A stretch of 64,000 nt of DNA from Stylophora pistillata (Eukaryota). Below, piece by piece: positions 1 to 8,068 of the stretch. The notes below the pieces were generated by a model, which did not search any database, was not told where the DNA came from, and was given only the letters and a program-made list of their open reading frames with translations. The translations under genes and the position numbers were made by a program. The stretch is from positions 87,805 to 151,804 of the forward strand of contig NW_019217907.1 in NCBI RefSeq assembly GCF_002571385.2, in the 5' to 3' direction. Position 1 is the stretch's first letter. Each line of letters starts with the position of its first letter.

Positions 1-169
1 AAAAATAAAAAACCATACCATGAATTAGCGGTCGTCAGTATAGTGTGATCGTCCGGATGAGGGTTACCTTGAAAAAGACTTTTGCAGGTGTCTGACGAGC
101 ATGACTGCCCACAAAGCTTCGGAACTCCTTCTCACGAACAGCACACTATACGACTAACTGTTACTCCAG

Positions 170-685
170 GACCGGGTTGTTCAAGGCTGGGTTAAGATAG
201 CCCAGGGTTAGTGTGAAATGTCATCTAAGATCTGAAAGCTTTAAAAGAAAATTCACTACAATTATATTTCTCTATAGTTTGATGACTGGATGCCCTTCAA
301 AGAATAGAGGCAATCATCTGGGAAAGGTTACTTTTCATTCCACTAATTTATTTGTGTTTTTCTCGTTGCCATGTTCCCACCAATAACGTAGCTCCATTTT
401 CTGCCTTTAAAAGCACACACAACTCACAATTCCTCTATTCGCTCCGACGAAGGGTTAACGCTCGAAACGTTAGCTTTTATAATCGTAACGGTGGCCAATT
501 TACCATTTCAACTTTGTTGATATATTCAAATTATTTCGTTACCCCCACCGACGGAGCCCCAAACAGTTTCTTTAGAAACTATCAGCCTTTATTCATCTGA
601 GAAAGGCTTCTGAACAATGGGATAAAGAATCGTGGATTAAAATTTAACCCTGGGTTAGCGCTAATCAGCCTTTAACAACTAGGCC
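170..685. mobile_element. MITE (PIF/Harbinger-like, GGCCCGGTTGTTC-type TIR)
   Basis: Imperfect TIRs GACCGGGTTGTTCAA ... TTAACAACTAGGCC; 3-bp TSD CAG at 167-169 and 686-688. Related termini at 40607-40752. Confidence 0.65.
328..592 (+). mobile_element. Penelope-type retroelement fragment with degenerate hammerhead motif
   Basis: Flanked by a 14-bp direct repeat TCATCTG(G/A)GAAAGG (314-327, 593-606). Contains GCT-CCGACGA-AGGGTTAACGCTC-GAAAC-GTT-AGC at 441-474. Same family at 11103-11190, 12748-12890, 22860-23042, 50480-50690. Confidence 0.6.
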
Positions 686-715
686 CAGGGTTCAAACCTT
701 GTACTGTGTTTTAAG

Positions 716-1020
716 CTAACCTTTTATATAATAAACTTGATTGGCCCATGGTCCACCTTTACCATCTGACTTGCAAGCTGATGATTTGCCATATTTGGTA
801 AACGTCTTTGCAGCCGAAGCACTTGTGGCGCACCATCCGCCATCTTGAACTGCAAATACTTGGAATCCCCGCTTCTTAGCTGCTTGATAGCATTTATTGA
901 TAGCTTCTAGTCGTACCTTGTAGCTGCCATCCAAAATAGAATCTTGTCCCTCCAATGTAGGTATGGCTCGGTCACCGTGATCCTGATAACATCCGATCGT
1001 TTCGTAGGGTAAAACGAGAG
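716..1020 (-). CDS. WSC-like Cys repeat exon 3 (recent duplicate of exon 2926-3225)
   Basis: TTTCAG|CT acceptor at 1021/1020. Near-identical protein to the 2926-3225 exon; the adjacent intron 1021-1143 also matches 3226-3350. Ends at stop 718-716 or at the donor at 721/720. Confidence 0.75.
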
Positions 1021-4000
1021 CTGAAATTTGAAATTTTTTTTAAATCAAATGATAGTCAGACTTCAGTGACAAAACATAAAGCAGCACCTGGCACTGGGAG
1101 AGGTGCAGCCGCTGTGTGTGCGCTTTATGGCTCAGCGGGCGCCACTTAGAAATATAACACAAAGTATATGTCACTTCAGTCATACAACAACCGTGATATA
1201 TTTAAGTTCCTTGTGCTGTCCTGTTTGTCAGAATCTTTCGTATTCTGTAGACCCTTTGTAGGCAAATCTGTTTTCGAATTTCACTAAATACTTGTTGAAC
1301 AAATGATCTCAAAAGCACAATTTCTTTACTCTAACTTACGATTGACGACATAGACATTTTTAGCCCTGGGTCCACCTTTACGATCACCCTTACAAGTGGT
1401 AGATTTTCCATATTTGTCAAAGGTCTGTGGCACAATAGCACTTGCTGCACACAAGCCACCATCCTGAATTGCAAATAAATTGTAACCCTTTCTCAATGCA
1501 GCCACGGCGCACTTTGCAATGGGATTTTCACGGGAACTGTACGCGCCGTCTAAGATGGAATCTTTTCCTTCTAGCGTTTCCATTGGGTGATCTGAAGTAT
1601 CTTTATAACATCCTACGGCTTGATAACCTAAGAGAAGGAAATTTGGTAAAGGCCAACTCAATTAATTCTTTCCAAACCTTAAATAGGGAGTGCTCTCATA
1701 CATGTGCGTTTTTAACCAAGCATGAGGTCAACATGGCTGGATCTTGGTCGAGTTCTTTTTTTTTGCATTTTTATGGTCCGAGACGAAGTCGAGGTCCAAA
1801 AAAAAAACACAGGATTCGCTTCATCTTGCCCACAGGCGCTGCGAGCGATGTAATGACATAGCCAAATTGGTACTGAGATACAATGAAATATATGAAGTTC
1901 ATATATTTTGTACTGCGGTATTAGATACATATGATGCACGATCCTCGCAGTAGATAGCGCTATTTAAGCAATAGCGAAAATCAGACCTGAAAAAAATCAG
2001 GCCTGTACGGGATTCGAACCACTGACCTCTGCGATACTAGTGAAGTTCATATATTTCATTTTATCTGATTTATCACTTTCACGGGCTTATTAAGAATCAA
2101 CTTAACGGCCTACTCCCAGTTGGCTTGTTAGCTCAATTGGTAGAGCGCTGCACTAGTATCGCAGAGGTCAGTGGTTCGAATCCCGTACAGGCCTGATTTT
2201 TTTCAGGTCTGATTTTCGCTATTGCTTAAATAGCGCTATCTACTGCGAGGATCGTGCATCATATGCAAATTGGTATTGTTTATTATTATAAACTATTGTA
2301 TTTCTTATCTCACAACAATGCCAACTCGACTTACCAAGGATACATCATAACTTCAAACTAGCAAAACAAAATCGTAGTTCTATACATTTACATTTGACAG
2401 TCTTCATGTCCAGGATGGCTGCAGATTGAAAAATCTTGAGGGGTTTTTCCACTTTTTCATAAAGCCCGATGTTGGTTTTCATTTCAAAAGTACAAATCTA
2501 AAGTTTCTACTGTGGCTTACTTTAACTTCAAGAAGCTGTGTTACCGATTGTTTACCTGAACCTGTCTCGTCTCCGGTCGTCTCTTTTTGGAAACACGAAT
2601 GTAGTATCGCGAGACACTAAAACTAACATGACGAACTAACTATCCCTAAAACGACTCCAGCGACAAACAACTGTAAAACGACCATCACGATTGACTTAGG
2701 CTACAGCCAAAAAAAAAATCACTGCTAAACTGACCAATCATTTTACACGAACAGGACTTTTGACTGACAACAACTATTCACTTGACTCTGAAGATAACTT
2801 CCGCTCAGGTTTTCGAAACGTCAGTCACTTCTACCGAGAACAGTCCCTCTCAGGATTACACTCACCTGGACAATAAGATTACACTACCACATGTAAAGCG
2901 AACGAAAGTATGATTATATACCAACCTTTGATATAATAAACTTGATTGGCCCATGGTCCACCTTCACCGTCTGACTTACAAGCTGAGGATTTGCCATATT
3001 TGGTAAACGTTCCAATGGCGAAAGCACTTGAGGCGCACCATCCGCCATTTTGAACTGCAAACATTTGGAATCCTCGCTTCTTAGCTGCTTGATAGCATTT
3101 ATTGATAGCTTCAAGTCGTGTATTGTAGCTGCCATCCAAAATAGAATCTTGTCCCTCCAATGTCGGTATGGCTCGGTCACCGTGATCCTGAAAACATCCG
3201 ATCGTTTCATAGGGTAAAACGAGTGCTGAAATTCGAAAATTTTTTTTTAAATCAAATGATCAGACTTCAGTGAAAAAACGAAAAGCAGCAGCTGGCATTG
3301 GGAGAGGTACAGCCGCTGTGTGGACGCCGCCTTATGGCTCAGTAGGCGCAAGTATTCCAGGACGAAATCTTGTCCTTCCAAAGTTGGCAGGGCGCGGTTA
3401 CTGAAATTTTGGTAACATTCAATCGATTGTTATTGACCTATAGACACCACTAGAGATAAAAAAAAGGCAGCGGAAAATACATTTTGTGTGATGAGATACT
3501 GAATTTGGCTCGGATCGCACCTTCTCTATATGTTTGATCTGCACTTGAAAATTTCCTCAATTCCAGCTATGTTTATATAAGAAGACTAATCTTTTCATTT
3601 TTTCTGTCTTTTTGGCATCTTCTTGAACTCGGTTAGTTGCTACTTAATTAGTCAATAGTATACCAGTTTGTCAGTTAGTCAGTCATTCGGTCAGTCTATT
3701 AGTCAGTTCGTCGGTATCTGGCTACTGATTGTTGGTTTGTCAGCTCGTTTGCTTTATTATTTTTTTTGGTTGTTTGTTTGTTTAGTTGTTTGATTGTTTA
3801 GGTGTTTCGTTGTTAGTTCTTGATGACGACTAAGCAAACTGCAAGTAACTTGCTCAACCTACCATCCTCGAATGATCTGCGATCTAGACTCGTGAAGCAG
3901 TTGCACAAAAAAAGGATTATTAGCCAGGGAGCAAGCAGTCTTGCTCTTAATCTTAATCCCCAGGAACACATAATAAGGCAGTACTCAACGAACAATATGC

Positions 4001-7000
4001 CATTTTGGACGAGCCTTCTGAGGGTAATTTTTTCTTGCATCCTTCTGTTTACGTTTTCCAAAGCCGTTGCCATGTTATGAAGACTTTCAAACAGCATTCG
4101 TAACCTTTTATCGTGTTCCAAATGGCTTGCCTGCATCCTTTTGTCCACATTTTCTAAAGCCATCTCCACGTTACCAAGACTTTCTCCCAACTGCCTTCGA
4201 AATTCTTCATTGTGTTCTAAGTCAGTCGTTAGACTTTTCAGCTCGTTCTTAATGTTTGAAAGATCTCTTTCCGTCTCATTTGTATACTGAATTAATACTT
4301 GGGCTTCGACTGTTTGTGCGTCGGACACGTAGTTCAATATTTTCTCTCGGGCCGTTAAAGCGGCATCGTCCCCGTCAAATTGCGAATCTCCGAGCAGTTT
4401 TTTAATAGCATTAAAGACAGCCTGTCTGTCTTTGTCTGTTAGTTCTAGCTTCGGCACGTGAGCCCACTTTGTATTACGTGCTTCTCGAACATCTTCAACC
4501 AGAGGCTGTGGAATCGTGAATTGTTTGCACCAGTACATGAGGTTCAAGATACCAGTAATATCCATGTCGTCCGCACCATTAATAATGGAGCCTGGACCCA
4601 AATCAGGTATGTACAACTTAGCTATTTCCCAAGGACCAAGATTCGGATCCGTCCACTTTCTGGGGTCACTTTGTTTCCACTGTGGTTTTGGTCCACGGTG
4701 ATAAGTAATTAGTTCACATGCCCATGCACATTTTCCCAAATCATGACGGGCCAGATTTTCACATTGGCAGGGCCCCGCACCAGGAAGAGCTTCAACTGTT
4801 TTCTGTATGTGCTCATACAGAGAATTCATCTCTCGTTTGACATAAGGCCTCAGACCATTGCAAAGTACTGTTATTAAGGCATGACCCACAGCGAGCCAGT
4901 TACTGTACTTTGGTATGGTTAGTTCACTTTCAGGACCAGCTGGTACAAAAGAATGTGACGTAGACGCCATGGCAGGGGAACTTAGTTCCGCCTTTATGGA
5001 AAACATAAAAACCTTTTTGAGACATAAAATTCTTGCTTAAACTCTATAAATAGCGCTTCCCTCGTTTAGTATTTTAAGGCAACTGAACAACTTAATTATC
5101 ATTAAAGGAATGTCCTTATTCAATATGAATGCGAGCGGCAATACGGTAGTTCTAATTTGAAAACGGTGTGGTTTTCACAAGGTCAGCTAGTCTCCCTCGC
5201 AGCCGTTTCTTTTGGATGTCACGAACCGCTCCCCCAAAAGAACGGCTGCTGAAAACCGAACTACATTCCTTTCTCGTTGTCCTTGCGGTTTGGTCGCGGT
5301 CTATTGAACAGACCAATCACATACCAGAAAATCTGAATGACGTAAGGTTTCACGCGAAAATGTGGATGTTGGGAGAAACAATGAAGAAATTTGTCGATGA
5401 GAGCTCGAAATGTTTCACATGTTCATCGTTGTGCCCTGGTAAAGATAGAGTATATATTTTTGGGAAAACTTCTCACAATTTCGTTGAAATTATAGAATCT
5501 ACGCTTAACATAGACGTCAACTGCTACGCCAACGACACGAACGCTAGATTGTTTGAGCGGTTGTTAAAGTTTCAGCGAGCAACTGAGAAAGTAGAAGAAG
5601 CTAAAAACTGAACTGAAACTCTTTATTCGCACTATTTCAAGAGGTTACTACAGATTATAAAAGTCAGAATATATAAGAAACAGTAAATTACATCAATAAT
5701 CAAAAGGAAATACAAGACGCCTTTCAATCTAGGCCAAGGGCTAAACGCTTGCTTCGACCTACAGATGGAGATCAGGAGGAAAAAAGCGCGTGCTTGCCGT
5801 CAACAAACCGGGCGAAGCTTCGAGAACACTGCAATTTAGGTCGGCCAACGTCTCCTACACTACTTGTACTTCTTCATTTGCCAGTCCGCTGCTAGCTGGA
5901 GCGAACCCGATTAGTTATGTTCGTGGCTTCTTATCACCGGTACAGGAAATCGGCCCGAATTATCGAGTGTTTCCGCACGTTGGTACAACGCAACAACAAT
6001 AACAATAATATGACCACTTTCATCGGTAACATGGTCAAACACGAGCGGGAGTGCTTGATATATTAACGATTTCCCGGATCCTGTAGGCAACTTAACAAAA
6101 ACATCTTCTTTCTCGACTAAAACTTTTTTAATTGCAAGCTTCTGGTGAGCTTTAAGCTCGAAAATTTTGAACTTTGACGACGCTTTGCGAAAAGCTCCTT
6201 CAAGCACCGCCATTTGTCTTGTGTTTTCCACATGAGGATCGCGGTAGAAAACGATATCTGATTGGACGAGTCTCAAAAGGTGAGTCTGGCGCGAAAAGGT
6301 TCCTGAAAATGGAACCCGAGCTGTGATTGGCCAATTCGGAGAAAGGAATGTAGTTCGGTTGTCAGCAGCCGTTCTTTTGGGGGAGCATTGCGTGACATCC
6401 AAAAAAAACGGCTGCGAGGGAGACTAAAGGTCAGCCAACAACACTTAAATTTTGCTAACTAATTTGGATATAACTCTGGTTATTCTTGTGTCAAACGATT
6501 GAACTCAATCAAGTTTTCATAAGCCAGAGACGAGGCGAATCCACTCGGTGATGCAAGGTAAACTTGACGTCGACGCATCATTAACCCTTTACACTTAACA
6601 TCAGTATGCATATTCTCCATACTGTTCTCTATACATTTCCTAAGGTGCTGACAAGGAGAATTTTGACTGACAATCAAGAGCTTCTTTAGTTGGTGATCAT
6701 TTCCTATATTCTTGTGACCTTAACTGTTTGATACACGGGTGATATTGTAAGGAGAATTAAGATGCTAATCACCTTTAGGGGGGGTTAAGGGGGTTAAACG
6801 GACCCGGGCTATTGATGATCTATCGAGGTACGAGTGATCTTTACAGTCAGTCAATAACCACAATCAAACGTTTTTTTTTCCATGGTCATCATAATCGAAA
6901 AAAAATAAAAGTTCAGTGAAATGAAAGTGAGTTAGGTGGTCGCAAATGGAACACAGCAAGTGAAAATAACCGTACCACGAACACGAATTTCTGTCACGTC

Positions 7001-7297
7001 ATCTTATTTCATGATCACTAGAGATACGGCAAATATACCATGGTATAGCATTAAAACGTGGGATATCAGTGGTATCTTTCTCCAAAAAAATTAAAGCCAA
7101 TTCATCTCAAGTGCGTAGCCTGAAATTAATGTACCATTATCAAAATACGAACCGCTGAGCTCAGTATCAATCAAACAACTTAGGGCTCACAATCAAACAA
7201 CTTAGGGCTATTCTTCCCCCTTTCACTAAAAAACCGTGATGAGGTTACAGGTTTCACAGGATGCATATAAACGTAAACGTCAATACACATGTATACC

Positions 7298-7345
<48 letters not shown>

Positions 7346-7908
7346 TATAATAATAATAACATATTTATGCAGGATGGCCAATTCAGTTATAAAAAACTGC
7401 TATCAACATGGGTCCTGCGATACACAATGTTAGCTCAGTCTCAGCCTTTTGTAACGTTTATTAAACAGAAATCTATGCCCCGCTTGCGTGACAGTAAAGT
7501 CGAATAGCATGTTTAACCCTGACATCGAAAAATTAGTCTCTCGTTTCAAAAGCGAAACCGGGATCAAAATCTAATAATTCAACTCTTAAAACTTTGTGGC
7601 TTACATGAGGATCTCAATGGGGTTAACGGTTCGCTAGCCGTAAAATGGCTAAGATATTTAACCCTTGGGTGCGAGAATTAAACCGTGACCACAATGGAAA
7701 GATATTAACCGTGAGCCGTGAATAGGCCAAACCGTTAGCCGTAAACGCCATCACCCCATGGAGACCCTCATACATGGTATCCAGTATTCTTGCAGTGAGA
7801 AAAAATTGTAATTATCTTTACACTGGCCTGAAGAATTCAAATTGCTTGCATCGAAGTCGAGTTCACGTACTTCTAGAGGTCAGAAAGTAATTAGCAGAAA
7901 CTTACCAT
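716..7908 (-). CDS. Putative type II membrane protein: CXorf38/DUF4559-like HEPN domain + coiled coil + TM + 3 or more WSC-like repeats (multi-exon; 674 aa if it ends at 716)
   Basis: Hand-built exons (minus): 7908-7906 (ATG|GTAAGT), 4991-3863, 3225-2926, 1627-1340, 1020-716. At 721 there is also a possible GTTAGC donor, so the gene may continue off-window. All junctions are GT-AG and in frame (phases 0,1,1,1). Motifs YSNWLAVGHAL, PWEIAKLYIP, DITGILNLMYWCKQF and VREARNTKWAH parallel human CXorf38 as I recall it (YKNWVKAGHCL, AWEVAKAFMP, DAVALLSLINSCDHF, IKCRNEIMH). Confidence 0.75.
1340..1627 (-). CDS. WSC-like Cys repeat exon 2 (288 nt, phase 1-1)
   Basis: CTTCTCTTAG|GT...AATC|GTAAGT. Translates GYQAVGCYKDTSDHPMETLEGKDSILDGAY...KCAVAALRKGYNLFAIQDGGLC...CKGDRKGGPRAKNVYVVN. 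Confidence 0.75.
1873..2265. mobile_element. Palindromic tRNA-derived repeat element
   Basis: Perfect 115-bp inverted arms 1928-2042 and 2151-2265; tRNA-like segment 2122-2194 with A box TAGCTCAATTGG and B box GGTTCGAATCC; 10-bp TSD CAAATTGGTA at 1863-1872 and 2266-2275. Confidence 0.75.
2783..2827 (+). ncRNA. Minimal type I hammerhead ribozyme motif inside a Penelope-type repeat (about 2750-2885)
   Basis: Stem I TGACT/AGTCA; core CTGAAGA (2788-2794); GAAAC (2815-2819); GTC cleavage triplet (2820-2822). Stem II is imperfect. Confidence 0.5.
2926..3225 (-). CDS. WSC-like Cys repeat exon 1 (300 nt, phase 1-1)
   Basis: TTTCAG|CA...AAAG|GTTGGT. Translates LVLPYETIGCFQDHGDRAIPTLEGQDSILDGSY...KCYQAAKKRGFQMFAVQNGGWC...CKSDGEGGPWANQVYYIK. 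The GC-x-x-D start and GG-x-x-A-N-x-VY end resemble WSC domains, but with 4 rather than 8 Cys. Confidence 0.75.
3357..3437 (-). pseudogene. Truncated, stop-containing fourth copy of the repeat exon
   Basis: TCTATAG|GT CAA TAA CAA TCG ATT GAA TGT TAC...: G-Q-stop-QSIECYQNFSNRALPTLEGQDFVL, homologous to YETIGCYQDHGDRAIPTLEGQDSIL. Confidence 0.65.
3660..3812. repeat. Degenerate (GTCA)n/(GTTT)n simple repeat
   Basis: GTCAGTTAGTCAGTCATTCGGTCAGTC...GTTTGTTTGTTT. Confidence 0.6.
3863..4991 (-). CDS. Main exon: DUF4559/CXorf38-like HEPN domain, coiled coil, hydrophobic segment
   Basis: Lies inside the 397-aa ORF 3813..5006. Acceptor TTTTATGTTTTCCATAAAG|G at 4992/4991; donor G|GTAGGT at 3863/3862. 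R-x5-H motif at 4478-4458; heptad-rich stretch (TERDLSNIKNELKSL...LENVNRRMQEK); RLRAR followed by LLAPWLIILFLCNCFTSL. Confidence 0.8.
5188..6426. mobile_element. Non-autonomous Academ (AcademH-type) DNA transposon with RecQ-like helicase relic
   Basis: TAG...CTA termini; about 88-bp TIRs (TAGTCTCCCTCGCAGCCGTTT...TACATTCCTTTCTC); 9-bp TSD AAGGTCAGC (5179-5187, 6427-6435). Minus-strand fragment ELKAHQKLAI...DVFVKLPTGSGKSLIYQALP matches RecQ motifs 0/I; a plus-strand CxxC-containing fragment is also present. Confidence 0.8.
5995..6213 (-). pseudogene. RecQ-like SF2 helicase N-terminal fragment (transposon-borne)
   Basis: Walker A LPTGSGKS preceded by Q-motif-like LKAHQ; similarity is lost after HIIVIVV. 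Confidence 0.7.
6581..6797. mobile_element. TTAA-flanked MITE (piggyBac-like termini)
   Basis: TTAACCC...GGGTTAA. Related copies at about 35298-35481 and 57348-57548. Confidence 0.6.
7298..7359. repeat. (ATA)n microsatellite
   Basis: About 16 perfect ATA units plus a short continuation. Confidence 0.95.
7606..7770. mobile_element. Small MITE
   Basis: TIRs TGAGGATCTCAATGGGGT / ACCCCATGGAGACCCTCA; 4-bp TSD TACA. Confidence 0.55.
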
Positions 7909-8050
7909 GTTATTCGCGAAGGCTTCAGCGACTTCTTCGATGAAACTCACTACAACCAACCACCAGATCTTCAGAAATAGCCAAAAAATTTGTTCAACTC
8001 TTATGAATTATTAAAATTTAGCCTCTAGAAGCATTTGAAGCCATGAACTG

Positions 8051-8068
8051 CGGAAGTGAAATGCAAAT
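8051..8068. promoter_or_regulatory. ETS-IRF composite-like site abutting an octamer, in the likely promoter of the HEPN gene
   Basis: CGGAAGTGAAA (8051-8061) overlapping ATGCAAAT (8061-8068), about 150 bp upstream of the inferred start codon at 7908. Motif match only. Confidence 0.3.

Larger units (their letters stand above)
20..707. mobile_element. Penelope-type (PLE-derived) dispersed repeat interrupted by two nested insertions
   Basis: Fold-back motifs GTATAGTGTGATCGTCCGG (38-56) and CACACTATACGA (142-153). The tail TACTCCAG|GGTTCAAACC is split at 169/689 by a MITE. Family assignment is from recall of coral repeats. Confidence 0.5.

Noticed and set aside
2122-2194. tRNA-Thr(AGT) gene; also tRNA-like heads near 12630-12695, 44985-45057 and 45812-45884
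   Set aside because: The stems are mismatched and each is embedded in a repeat body, so they are treated as mobile-element parts.
4992-5006. ATG at 5006 as the HEPN gene start
   Set aside because: It lies inside a pyrimidine tract ending in AAG|G; an upstream ATG|GTAAGT exon fits better. Not fully excluded, since a TATTTATA sits about 40 bp upstream.
7180-7507. Poly-Ile ORFs on both strands
   Set aside because: Translations of the (ATA)n microsatellite.
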